Source of the DNA: a virus
Lineage: Duplodnaviria; Caudoviricetes
Reading direction: 5' to 3' (one strand)
IMG/VR virus record: IMGVR_UViG_2513237360_000007
Coordinates: 1 to 64,000 of that record
DNA length: 64,000 nucleotides
Every line of letters begins with the position of its first letter. The first letter of the stretch is position 1. A model generated the notes under the pieces. The model saw only the letters and a program-made list of their open reading frames with translations, ran no database searches and had not been told where the DNA came from. The position numbers and the translations under genes are program-made. Below, in pieces: positions 1 through 8,674 of the stretch.

Positions 1-267
1 CCCGGTGTGAACGATTCCGGGGATTATTCTCAGAAGAGTGTGCATGTTTCCAAGCATGGCTCACCCGCTTTACGCAAAACACTGTACCAGGTCATGGATG
101 TTCTAATTAAAACCAAACCGGATGATCCCGTTTATCTATTCATGGACAAGAAGCGCGCACAAGGTAAACCTTACTATGTTTACATGACCGCAGGTGCCAA
201 TAAATTTTTACGTATTTACTATGGGCGAGTGAAAGAATATCTTGCTTCTCTTCCGGCATCGGAATAA
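1..267 (+). CDS. IS110-family transposase, C-terminal fragment (5' truncated by window edge)
   Basis: Frame open from base 1; GVNDSG..SKHGSPALRKTLYQ...KKRAQGKPYYVYMTAGANKFLRIYY resembles the IS110 (Transposase_20) C-terminus. Confidence 0.85.
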   Translation, partial: PGVNDSGDYSQKSVHVSKHGSPALRKTLYQVMDVLIKTKPDDPVYLFMDKKRAQGKPYYVYMTAGANKFLRIYYGRVKEYLASLPASE

Positions 268-289
268 CCAACACGTAAAACCTGTTTTT

Positions 290-318
290 AGACCGGCATA
301 TCCTGGCGGTCTTATTTT
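290..318 (+). terminator. Hairpin after transposase stop
   Basis: AGACCG(290-295)/CGGTCT(307-312) followed by TATTTT. Confidence 0.45.
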
Positions 319-396
319 GATACCCACTTTTCAACCTGTATAAATTTTTCAATGTTCTTTAAAATTTAGCTTGACTTTTTATTTGCAGGCTTCCTT

Positions 397-630
397 TTAG
401 ATTTTTAGAATTTTATCAATACCCGCAATAACTTCATTTAATTTGTCTACCAAACTGTCAAGTATCTCTACGGCCTCCTCCATGGCTGCACCACGTTCGG
501 TACACTTTAGTCCATCAGAAAGATTATCAAAATTTTCTGATTCAGAATCCATTACACCACATATGATTTCTATGGCACGCTCAATTATGTCTCTGGCGGC
601 AGCTAGAAGCTTTCTCTTATTTTTATTCAT
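397..630 (-). CDS. Hypothetical phage protein (77 aa, helical)
   Basis: ORF with GGGAG RBS, co-oriented with neighbours. Confidence 0.75.
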   Translation of the reverse strand: MNKNKRKLLAAARDIIERAIEIICGVMDSESENFDNLSDGLKCTERGAAMEEAVEILDSLVDKLNEVIAGIDKILKI

Positions 631-633
631 ATA

Positions 634-876
634 TCACTCCCAGGTGTCCTGTTTTTTGGGGATTGAGATAAACCTTTTTTGTTTACTGCTCCAAACTGTT
701 TTCTGATGTTTCTGATGTTCTGCTTTGGTAAACTCTTTTTTTGATTGTCTCCTATTATATAACAGGATCCCACAAAAAATTGCAATGGCCAACGGAATGC
801 CAACGCCATTGCATATAGACAAACAGCAACATAAAATAAATCCCCATAATACATTGTAACTTCGTCTTGGTGTCAT
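634..876 (-). CDS. Small membrane protein (80 aa)
   Basis: GAGAGGTGA RBS before ATG at 876; hydrophobic N-half, basic C-tail. Confidence 0.6.
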   Translation of the reverse strand: MTPRRSYNVLWGFILCCCLSICNGVGIPLAIAIFCGILLYNRRQSKKEFTKAEHQKHQKTVWSSKQKRFISIPKKQDTWE

Positions 877-960
877 AACGTTATCACCTCTCTCACTTCT
901 TACATTTTTTCTTTCCCACACCATTACCTCCATATCATTTTTTAGGTAGTAGCCTATAAT

Positions 961-1221
961 TTATGTATTATCCGCCAGTATCTCAATCTGCATTTGTGCT
1001 CCTTCTCGAAAGCCCAAAAGATATCCTTCCTGTAAGGCGGCTGACACCATTAGCATCTGCGCCTCAAGAACCTCATCAAGGATTTCCTGTTGCTCATTAT
1101 TCAGCAGTTCTCTTAATTGCTGTTCCAATAAGAAAGCCTGTTCTCGGCAACTCATATATTCCTCCGAAATCCCAAGGCGATCCACCGGTTTTAGTTCTCC
1201 AGTATACAATTCTTTCAACAT
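961..1221 (-). CDS. DUF6809-like small protein
   Basis: GGAGG RBS before ATG 1221; MLKELYTGEL...LNNEQQEILDE...EGYLLGFREGAQM pattern. Confidence 0.65.
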   Translation of the reverse strand: MLKELYTGELKPVDRLGISEEYMSCREQAFLLEQQLRELLNNEQQEILDEVLEAQMLMVSAALQEGYLLGFREGAQMQIEILADNT

Positions 1222-1240
1222 TTCATTACCTCCAGACATC

Positions 1241-1265
1241 AAAAAGGCCGGCATCCCTGCCGACC
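1241..1265 (-). terminator. Rho-independent terminator
   Basis: Minus strand GGTCGGCA-GGGA-TGCCGGCC then TTTTT. Confidence 0.7.
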
Positions 1266-1306
1266 ACATTTAATTTCCACTATTATTATAGTCATTACAA
1301 TTCTTC

Positions 1307-1555
1307 TTAATCTTTATTGTTCTGTAAATCCCACAATTTCGAATTGTAGTATCTGAGTGCCAACTCAAAATATATATCATTTATAAGAAGTTCTAATGAA
1401 ACATCCTTTTTGTAAATTTCATTATACTTCCGACAAATCTCTTTAACATGTCCATCTTCCGGTAATATTTTAGTAATATGGTACACTCTACACTCACTAA
1501 AGGCCTTAAGCAAATATTCATCGCTCAAATTTCTTATATACTTTATATAGTCCAT
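1307..1555 (-). CDS. Hypothetical protein (82 aa)
   Basis: ORF with GGAGAGG RBS. Confidence 0.7.
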   Translation of the reverse strand: MDYIKYIRNLSDEYLLKAFSECRVYHITKILPEDGHVKEICRKYNEIYKKDVSLELLINDIYFELALRYYNSKLWDLQNNKD

Positions 1556-1711
1556 ATATTTATCCTCTCCAGCAAGTACAATATTCTACATGATTCCCCC
1601 TGATCTGTCTGTTTCTATTATACTATTAATTCGTTAAAATACCACCAGTTTTTTAATCTAGGCTACCTTGACTGTTACGATCCAGAAATATCAGCTGATT
1701 CAATACCTGTT

Positions 1712-2056
1712 TTAAGCTTTTAAGTGCCAGTAGTAGCTTACATCTTCTCCATCCGGGATCTCACCATTTTTCCAATGATCTGATGGTACAATTTCTCTAT
1801 AATCAAAATCATCTAAATCCAAAAGAATTTCATCACGCCCAACTGCATCCTCCACTTTCCGTATTGCATCTCCTGAATTTTCCGCGTTAACAATCACAGT
1901 CCTTTTAAATATTTCTCTTACACTAACTGCATATCTTCCCATATTATTTTTATCCTTTCTCCACCAGTCTGTTTTCTCACATTTCTTGCAAATCTCAATA
2001 TTGTCAAGCCATGTCCAAAGAATAGGGAATTCCCCTAAGTAACAGTTCTTAGTCAA
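1712..2056 (-). CDS. DpnD/PcfM-like protein (may start at 1942)
   Basis: YAVSVREIFKRTVIVNAENSGDAIRKVEDAV..DEILLD.DDF motif. Confidence 0.7.
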   Translation of the reverse strand: MTKNCYLGEFPILWTWLDNIEICKKCEKTDWWRKDKNNMGRYAVSVREIFKRTVIVNAENSGDAIRKVEDAVGRDEILLDLDDFDYREIVPSDHWKNGEIPDGEDVSYYWHLKA

Positions 2057-2582
2057 TTAAATCTTTATAACGTTTCAACATTTTTTTGATATCTTCTGAT
2101 CTGTAATGACACCAGACTCTCTTACCATCTTCATATTCTGCACATACGCCCACATCCAGAATATCACCAGAAAACATCGCCCGTTTTGGTATAATATCTG
2201 CTGAATGTCCAACCACTTCCATATTATTTTTCAAACAATAGCATGCCATTTCATATGGGGTTCCATATAACCACGAATTGCACATTTCATGATATCCTAA
2301 TTCATCACCATTTAACCTATTTTGCATTGCCCTTAATACTTCTTTTGCCTTGTCATGGTATTTTACTTTAAACTCTTCCTCGGTCATTTCGACCCGAAAC
2401 ATAAGAGAGGCATCTATCTTTTCTTCATCTCCACCCTTCCGCCACATTTCTACTGTGACATAGGCCGAATTAATAGATTTTACAATTGCTGAAAAATATC
2501 TGTTACTTCCTCCACCTTCTGTCCCTTTAATTTCCTGTCCTACTCTTAAATGCTTATACGTTACTAATTTATTTTCTATCAT
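2049..2582 (-). CDS. Hypothetical phage protein (177 aa)
   Basis: ORF with AAGGAG RBS; overlaps next gene by 8 nt. Confidence 0.75.
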   Translation of the reverse strand: MIENKLVTYKHLRVGQEIKGTEGGGSNRYFSAIVKSINSAYVTVEMWRKGGDEEKIDASLMFRVEMTEEEFKVKYHDKAKEVLRAMQNRLNGDELGYHEMCNSWLYGTPYEMACYCLKNNMEVVGHSADIIPKRAMFSGDILDVGVCAEYEDGKRVWCHYRSEDIKKMLKRYKDLID

Positions 2583-2934
2583 TCTTCTCCTTATTTCCCT
2601 TTAGTAATTAGATAATTTTCCAGGTTAAAAATCGCCCATCGAAGTGTTGCCCCTGCTTCTATATCATGCTCCCTTTCTGCTCGCCTGAGCAGTTCATATG
2701 ATTTTTCAATCTTTGGCACATCCATATTTTTTATATTCTCCTAATAACTTAGCTACTCATCCATACATAATTGGTTCATTTTATTTAAATTTTGACGTGC
2801 TATTTCCTCGGTGTCTCTTCTATTTATCCTTTTCCTCCAAAATTCTTGTGTTCCATACCTTTCAACCATTAATTACCGATGTGTCGTTTAATTTGCCAGT
2901 TCTATCTAATCTTATCGCCTTCCTTCTTGTTTCG

Positions 2935-2943
2935 TGATATAAT
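2935..2943 (+). promoter_or_regulatory. Extended -10 promoter for K+ channel gene
   Basis: TG-A-TATAAT 31 nt upstream of ATG 2975. Confidence 0.55.
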
Positions 2944-2974
2944 TTAGTTGTAATTCATTTTGGGGGAGACATTT

Positions 2975-3763
2975 ATGAAAAAAAGAATATTTGAGATTAT
3001 TCAGTCAGCAAATACCGGTGATATTGCAAGTAAGATATTTGATTTATTTATCATGCTTCTTGTAATAATCAATTCAATAACGATAATGATTGATACTTTT
3101 TCTTTGCCTCAGAACTTCAAGACAACTATCCGTATAATTGATACTTCTACATCAATCATTTTTTCTATTGAATACGCATTAAGAATTTGGACCGCTCCGT
3201 TTTTATTTCCAAATAAATCAAATACAAAAGCGCGTATACGTTATATCTTTTCCTTTATGGCTATAATAGATTTACTTGCTATACTTCCATTTTACCTACC
3301 AATGTTAATACCATTTAATCTAAAGTCATTAAGATTGTTACGCTTAACACGCTTATTACGAATATTTAAAATGAACCGATATACAAACGCACTCTATAAA
3401 GTCGGAGCTGTTTTCAAAGCCAAGGCTAGTCAATTAATATCTTCTATGCTAGTTGTGGTAATGCTTATTATTTTGTCATCAATTTTAATGTTTAACATTG
3501 AAAATACTGCCCAACCGGAAGCCTTCACCAATATCTTTGATAGTATGTGGTGGGCTGTTGCCACTTTCACTACTGTTGGATACGGAGATATTTACCCGAT
3601 CACCGTAGCCGGTAAACTTTTAAGTACAATCATAGCGTTTCTTGGAATTGGACTAGTTGCTGTCCCAACTGGTATTATCTCTGCAGGTTTTGTAGAACAG
3701 ATTGATAAACATGATGATGATAAAAAACATTATTGCCCTTACTGCGGCAAACGATTAGATTAA
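2975..3763 (+). CDS. Voltage-gated-type (6TM) potassium channel / ion transporter, moron gene
   Basis: Selectivity filter TTVGYGD, pore helix DSMWWAVAT, S4-like LRLLRLTRLLRIFK, C-terminal CPYCG; opposite strand to neighbours; GGGGAG RBS. Confidence 0.93.
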   Translation: MKKRIFEIIQSANTGDIASKIFDLFIMLLVIINSITIMIDTFSLPQNFKTTIRIIDTSTSIIFSIEYALRIWTAPFLFPNKSNTKARIRYIFSFMAIIDLLAILPFYLPMLIPFNLKSLRLLRLTRLLRIFKMNRYTNALYKVGAVFKAKASQLISSMLVVVMLIILSSILMFNIENTAQPEAFTNIFDSMWWAVATFTTVGYGDIYPITVAGKLLSTIIAFLGIGLVAVPTGIISAGFVEQIDKHDDDKKHYCPYCGKRLD

Positions 3764-3831
3764 TCTGAATAAGAGGATCCTTGTGTTGTTATACTATTTA
3801 TATTGCATCAAATATTCCAGCACTAGATATC

Positions 3832-4071
3832 TCATAAGCACTTCCTACAAAATTTTGCTATAGCCTCTCGATTTTCTAGCGTATCAATCCAGCCAAAATA
3901 TCTTCTGCCAAAATTATCCGGAAGGTCCTCAACCGGAATGATTTTGATACCATCATGTACCGCCTGCTTCACGGCGCCTGAGTCATCTTCAAAAATTCCT
4001 GCTGCATCAACTTTCTGGATTTCCAGCATTCCAGTTCCATCAAAATCAAAAATATCGTAACCTTTATTCAT
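3832..4071 (-). CDS. Hypothetical phage protein (79 aa)
   Basis: ORF with AAGGAG RBS. Confidence 0.7.
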   Translation of the reverse strand: MNKGYDIFDFDGTGMLEIQKVDAAGIFEDDSGAVKQAVHDGIKIIPVEDLPDNFGRRYFGWIDTLENREAIAKFCRKCL

Positions 4072-4127
4072 AACATTACTCCTTCTTTAATTATTATCGA
4101 TCAAACAGATGATTGATTTACTAAATA

Positions 4128-4319
4128 TCAGTTTAGATGAATAACTTTTTCTACTCTTTCTAAGCTGAAGACGAATCCAACTACAATGATTTCTTTATCA
4201 TCCACTCTGATGTCTTCTAATGTGCCATCAAAATGAGTGCCATCATAGAATATTACATCAATTTCATCACCAATCTTGTAAAATTCCATGTCGTATTCAA
4301 ATCCTAAAAATACATCCAT
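4128..4319 (-). CDS. Hypothetical protein (63 aa, possible Sm/SH3-like fold)
   Basis: ORF with RBS; IGDEIDVIFYDGTHFDGTLEDI pattern; stop lies inside the boundary motif. Confidence 0.65.
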   Translation of the reverse strand: MDVFLGFEYDMEFYKIGDEIDVIFYDGTHFDGTLEDIRVDDKEIIVVGFVFSLERVEKVIHLN

Positions 4320-4527
4320 GTGTTTATCCTTCCTCCGATCATGCCGGAAACCCTAATCTACTGCCTTATATATAAAGGGCAAATACAAGAGTCCCATAAT
4401 GTCGTCAACCACTCTTGGCTGTATCTGGTGGTATATTAACAACTCCAATCCCTGCCATACCAGTGCAAGTATTATGTACCACCAACACGTTTTCATAATC
4501 CTATCCATATTTTCACTTCCTAAAATT

Positions 4528-4710
4528 TTAATCTGGGCGATAAAGAGAATATCGCTCGTGACACATATTTATGATTACCTGTTGCAACTCCCTTACATCG
4601 CTTTTCAGTTTTCTATTTTCTTCTTCCAGCATATAGTTCTTTTTGTTTAAGACTTCAAACTGCTCCAATGTCAATGGTGCTACTTCCATCTCTCTTACAC
4701 ATTCTGACAT
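4528..4710 (-). CDS. Small coiled-coil protein (60 aa)
   Basis: ORF with AAGG RBS; heptad pattern. Confidence 0.6.
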   Translation of the reverse strand: MSECVREMEVAPLTLEQFEVLNKKNYMLEEENRKLKSDVRELQQVIINMCHERYSLYRPD

Positions 4711-4765
4711 ATTTTTTCCTTTCCTTCTGGTTCCCCGGAAAATGTTAATACTGCTGATATCAGTT

Positions 4766-5104
4766 TTATGAACGTACTCGCTCAGTAATATCTTTATATC
4801 CCAATTTTTTCAACCTGGCAGAAAACTCTGTTATAGATGGCTGTTCTTTATTATGGTCAATTTCAGCCATCAATTTTATTAACTCAGGCATTTTGCTTAA
4901 TGCCTCCCATGAATCATCATAGGCTTTTAATCGTATCCCAATACTATCCCACACAATTTCAAATTCGCCTTCTGTGCCGTCATTCTCATAGTAGAATCCA
5001 ATCATCAAATATGGATGCTTTGAAAACAGCTTAGCAGAAGTCTCTCCAAACCATGCTTCATGTGGGATTGAAAATGCTTTTGCTGATTCTAAAAAATCTT
5101 TCAT
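4766..5104 (-). CDS. Hypothetical phage protein (112 aa)
   Basis: ORF with GGAGG RBS. Confidence 0.75.
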   Translation of the reverse strand: MKDFLESAKAFSIPHEAWFGETSAKLFSKHPYLMIGFYYENDGTEGEFEIVWDSIGIRLKAYDDSWEALSKMPELIKLMAEIDHNKEQPSITEFSARLKKLGYKDITERVRS

Positions 5105-5116
5105 ATCTGTCCTCCG

Positions 5117-5502
5117 AAATACTAATTTAATCCTCCTTAATTCCCCGCCCGAGGCAGTTCGGGCAAATCTCAGTTTTGAAGACTATCTGTTATCTCAGTT
5201 GCAATACGGTCACTGACAGTTCTAATCACATCGCCTTTGTCTATATTTTCCATAAGGCATTTAACCGCTTCATCCGTGACCTTTTCTCTTACTACCCTGT
5301 CCACAGCATCCCTCATATAACTATTCCAGTCCCATTCCCGCATCAAAGTGTTAATTCTGTCACCCATGCGCTTTCTAATCTGGTTAACTGCCCACTCTTT
5401 TAACTCCACCTCATTAATTTCTATTTGCATTTTTTACCTCCTTAAACATTAATTTAATCCTCCTTAATTCCCCGCCCGAGGCAGTTCGGGCAAATTTCAG
5501 TC
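5117..5502. repeat. 59-bp direct repeat pair (5117-5175 and 5444-5502) flanking gene 5170-5430
   Basis: Identical 37-nt core TAATCCTCCTTAATTCCCCGCCCGAGGCAGTTCGGGC at 5128-5164 and 5455-5491, each bracketed by two copies of the 11-bp motif. Confidence 0.92.
5170..5430 (-). CDS. Hypothetical protein (86 aa)
   Basis: ORF with AAGGAGG RBS. Confidence 0.75.
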   Translation of the reverse strand: MQIEINEVELKEWAVNQIRKRMGDRINTLMREWDWNSYMRDAVDRVVREKVTDEAVKCLMENIDKGDVIRTVSDRIATEITDSLQN

Positions 5503-5822
5503 TCATAACTCCAGTACCACTTATGGCACTGCTCACATACGGCAAACTCCTGATCTCTGAATTGTTCGTCTACATAGGTTTCGGGGTGCTGCCAGTCCAC
5601 AGAATCAAATACAACCTGTGCAATTTCCTCTTGCTCATTACACATTGCCAGAAAATCGCGGTGGGTGTACTTGCTATCAGACTGCTCCGGAATATAGCAG
5701 ACTATATCAAGGCCGCTGTCATATGCCTCATTACTTTTATATATCATTCCTTGGCCATAAAACTCCCTTTGAATTGTCTCGGCTTTATTTCCTGTGGCAG
5801 GTATATATTTTCCGACTACCAT
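5454..5822 (-). CDS. Hypothetical protein with C-terminal Zn ribbon (CEQC...CPNC)
   Basis: ORF with GAGGTG RBS; two CxxC pairs. Confidence 0.75.
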   Translation of the reverse strand: MVVGKYIPATGNKAETIQREFYGQGMIYKSNEAYDSGLDIVCYIPEQSDSKYTHRDFLAMCNEQEEIAQVVFDSVDWQHPETYVDEQFRDQEFAVCEQCHKWYWSYETEICPNCLGRGIKED

Positions 5823-5853
5823 TTAGCACCTCTCTTTTTCTTAAAGTATCAGT

Positions 5854-6243
5854 TTAGATTGGCAGCGAAATGTGTTCTGGTGTAATTAGAAGTGTTTGAA
5901 TACCATTCACAGAACCAATGTGCATTTCACTTACTTCACTAGGCTTACAATTATCTTCACTTTCCCAAATCGTATTTACCATAATTGGCAAATTGATACC
6001 TTGCAAGTATTTTGTATGTCCATCTACATCATCCGTAAGAATACTAAAAGACTTGCTACCAGTACATTTCTGTTTATTTCGCATAGCCTCTGCATCCTTG
6101 TAAAAACGGTCAATCTTATTCCATGCATCAGTCATTGATTCAGAATCTTTAATATCTTCGCACAAAGAATATACAAGCATTTTTAATTCATCTGCATAAT
6201 TTGATGCTAATTCGATATTCATTTCTTTCAATTTTTTTGTCAT
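5854..6243 (-). CDS. Hypothetical protein (129 aa)
   Basis: ORF with GAGGT RBS. Confidence 0.7.
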   Translation of the reverse strand: MTKKLKEMNIELASNYADELKMLVYSLCEDIKDSESMTDAWNKIDRFYKDAEAMRNKQKCTGSKSFSILTDDVDGHTKYLQGINLPIMVNTIWESEDNCKPSEVSEMHIGSVNGIQTLLITPEHISLPI

Positions 6244-6262
6244 TATTTTACCTCATTAAATA

Positions 6263-6682
6263 TCAGTTTAGCAGATTAGGGCTATCATAAATATTCCCCA
6301 TAATAACAAGTTCTTCACAACAAGACAAATAATCATAATTTGTTCCATATTCGTCTTTTCCATTTGTCCCCTTAAAATTCAGCTCTGATTCATCCCAAAT
6401 AATCTTTCTAACATTGACTTGTCCATCATAGACACATTCGACAATGTCACCTTCCCATATCTTTAAACCGTTTTTATCAGTTAATCCGGTACACTGGCAG
6501 ATGGTGGACGGTTCTATCTCAATCCATTCGTCATATCCGTAAAATGGCCAATTTTCAAATCTATAAAATACATCATCATTATATATTGGAAGTATATAAT
6601 GACATTTACGATAGAGTACATAATACCCTTCCACCCATTCGCCATTATCACGACCCTTTGCCTTAAACAATATTTCTCTCAC
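6263..6682 (-). CDS. YopX-family protein
   Basis: MREILFKAK..NGEWVEG, TICQCTGLTDKNG.KIWEGDIV, GNIYDSPNLL motifs. Confidence 0.9.
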   Translation of the reverse strand: MREILFKAKGRDNGEWVEGYYVLYRKCHYILPIYNDDVFYRFENWPFYGYDEWIEIEPSTICQCTGLTDKNGLKIWEGDIVECVYDGQVNVRKIIWDESELNFKGTNGKDEYGTNYDYLSCCEELVIMGNIYDSPNLLN

Positions 6683-6721
6683 TTTATAGCCCCTTTCGCT
6701 TAATTGGTTAAATCCTAATTT

Positions 6722-6922
6722 TCAGTTATAAATCGGATTACCCACAGCATCTATTCCAATCAGAGATCCGCGCATATCATCTTCTTCCAAACCATTTTCA
6801 CGCATAAAATCTGTTCTTGCTGCAATATCACAAATTGCAACATATGGATCATCACACCCACAACCTGAAGCACTGCAATATGTTCCACGTTCGGTATCTT
6901 CCGCATACTTACATTCCTTCAT
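6722..6922 (-). CDS. Small Cys-containing hypothetical protein (66 aa)
   Basis: GAGGAGG RBS before ATG 6922. Confidence 0.65.
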   Translation of the reverse strand: MKECKYAEDTERGTYCSASGCGCDDPYVAICDIAARTDFMRENGLEEDDMRGSLIGIDAVGNPIYN

Positions 6923-6940
6923 TGTTGACCTCCTCAAATC

Positions 6941-7168
6941 CTAATTTTCCGTTCCCGTCATGAAGGGAAGAAGTATCTCTCCCCTTATATTTACGTGCAA
7001 TTCATCCAGCGTCCACCCATCAGCATATTCAAAAATCGGTTCGTCATATGGTTCTATAGGAGTTCCGTGAGCCGTCCAGAACTGATGGGAATCATCAAAA
7101 CCGGTATCTTTAAAAATCGTACAATGATACAACTCCTCTAATTGCTTTTTTGTGTATCGCTCTTTCAT
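6941..7168 (-). CDS. Hypothetical protein (75 aa)
   Basis: GGAGG RBS. Confidence 0.7.
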   Translation of the reverse strand: MKERYTKKQLEELYHCTIFKDTGFDDSHQFWTAHGTPIEPYDEPIFEYADGWTLDELHVNIRGEILLPFMTGTEN

Positions 7169-7183
7169 ATAGCCTCCAAATTA

Positions 7184-7318
7184 TTAATCTACCTGAATAC
7201 AATCAACCTGAAATGGTGCGTCTTCTAGGGCTTCAAAAACAACCTCTGACAATGTATATTTTCCGGCAATCTCATCATCAACTGTTATTGTCATTTTGAC
7301 TGTATATTGTTTTTCCAT
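7184..7318 (-). CDS. Small hypothetical protein (44 aa, MEKQYTVKMTITVDDE...)
   Basis: GGAGG RBS; fills the space between two boundary motifs; below ORF-track cutoff. Confidence 0.6.
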   Translation of the reverse strand: MEKQYTVKMTITVDDEIAGKYTLSEVVFEALEDAPFQVDCIQVD

Positions 7319-7436
7319 GATCTTCCTCCAAAATTTCAGTTCTGTTTATTGGAATTATATGCCAGCTTTCCCCATGTCCAAATATTCCGCACAAAAATTG
7401 TTTTAATCTTCTCATAACTTCTCCTTAAATTTTAAT

Positions 7437-7528
7437 TGGTGCAGGTAGGCTGGAATCGAACCAGCGCCGTACAACACCGACATTTAATATCTGGCGCTGT
7501 TGTCCTGCCAACTTGGACTACTACCCGC
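7437..7528 (-). ncRNA. tRNA-like RNA with 8-bp acceptor stem, extended anticodon arm and encoded CCA
   Basis: GCGGGTAG/CTACCTGC acceptor, GTCC/GGAC D stem, GCTGG-TTCGATT-CCAGC T arm, ends ACCA; 11-bp bulged anticodon arm with loop ATTAAAT. Confidence 0.8.
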
Positions 7529-7547
7529 CTAAATCCTAATTTCACAG

Positions 7548-8381
7548 TTAAAATCCGTTCCATATTTTCTGATCATGATATCGGAAACATTCTGCATCTT
7601 GGCACTCCTTCGGCATCAAATCCTCGATCCGTTTGCGTGATCGGGAAATATAAAGCTTGCTCCGTATCTGCGTGTTTGGCTGCTCACACTCTAACATACG
7701 GTCAAATTCAACCAGTTCGCAGTACTGATCTGTATGATTATTCCGCAGATATTCAAAAAAGTAATTCCGATGAAATGGGCAAAATGTACATGCGCTGGCC
7801 CTTGTTTCCAGCCCCCACACATCTCGTATGTATGCATAGTTGTCTTTACGTTCCAACCCCATCTCGACCAGCGGAAAATAATTCACAAACATCTTGTGCG
7901 GATTTTCTTTGCAGCGCTGTTTCTCCTCGGCAGAAAATCCAATGTGCATCTCATGGGCTTTTAGATCCTCCGGCCTTGTTCTCTGTCCCTTTCGGTATCC
8001 CAGCAGATTCCATCGTACATACTTCTGGATCAGACCAATCTTATAATCCATTGTGCAGTTACGCATCATTTTGCCCTTTTTTCCGTCCAGATCCAATGTC
8101 CAGAATGGGATAGACACGACACGCCTGTTACCGAAATCCCGCAAATAATCTTGATATAATGGTGACGTTAGAACCTCAAATCTTATTCCGGCATCCTCAC
8201 AGGCAGTCTGTACAAACCTTACCTGATCTATAACCCAAGGTGGCTCTTTTCCAAGATCGCAAAAGACCACTAGATCATAAACTGGTACAATCGGGTACCT
8301 CCCGGGATGCCGTACATTTTCGCAAGCCATTAGGGCCAATGCAGTACTTTGCATTCCCGCTCCACAACTTAATATTTTCAT
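7548..8381 (-). CDS. PAPS-reductase-like / adenine nucleotide alpha-hydrolase (PP-loop) protein
   Basis: N-terminal ILSCGAGMQST PP-loop, VFCDLGKE, CTMDYKI, SACTFCPF. Confidence 0.75.
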   Translation of the reverse strand: MKILSCGAGMQSTALALMACENVRHPGRYPIVPVYDLVVFCDLGKEPPWVIDQVRFVQTACEDAGIRFEVLTSPLYQDYLRDFGNRRVVSIPFWTLDLDGKKGKMMRNCTMDYKIGLIQKYVRWNLLGYRKGQRTRPEDLKAHEMHIGFSAEEKQRCKENPHKMFVNYFPLVEMGLERKDNYAYIRDVWGLETRASACTFCPFHRNYFFEYLRNNHTDQYCELVEFDRMLECEQPNTQIRSKLYISRSRKRIEDLMPKECQDAECFRYHDQKIWNGF

Positions 8382-8446
8382 GTCTCAAAAGGTTCCGTGT
8401 ACACTTTCCCGGCCGGGGAACGGCTCCTTTCTTAGTCCTCAAAATA

Positions 8447-8656
8447 TCAGTTTTGTTGTGTAACCTTATCCTTTTTTGCGTATTCTATACAAAATTTCAA
8501 CAGCGCTTCTTGCTCATCTTTTCTTAATATTTCTTCCAATTCAAGTGCATTATCAGAAATAAAAAATAATAACCGTCTTGCCTTGAAAGCTTCCGAATAA
8601 CTACATTTATGCGCTTTTTGTATGTCTGAAATCTTGTATATATTAGTATCCTTCAT
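8447..8656 (-). CDS. Hypothetical protein (69 aa)
   Basis: GGAGG RBS before ATG 8656. Confidence 0.65.
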   Translation of the reverse strand: MKDTNIYKISDIQKAHKCSYSEAFKARRLLFFISDNALELEEILRKDEQEALLKFCIEYAKKDKVTQQN

Positions 8657-8674
8657 ACTAAGTTCCTCCAAATT

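Larger units (their letters stand above)
1..391 (+). mobile_element. IS110-family insertion sequence, right part
   Basis: Transposase end, 120-bp non-coding end without terminal inverted repeat, outward TTGACT at 371-376, probable CT core at 390-391; exact end inferred. Confidence 0.7.

Noticed and set aside
627-854. 75-aa minus-strand ORF
   Set aside because: Alternative frame of 634-876, which has the clear RBS
7437-7528. tRNA-Sec or ordinary tRNA-Leu(TAA)
   Set aside because: No TCA anticodon, G73 or long variable arm; the anticodon arm is far too long for a standard tRNA
7436-8113. 225-aa plus-strand ORF
   Set aside because: Antisense shadow of the PAPS-reductase-like gene and the tRNA-like RNA; no RBS or motifs
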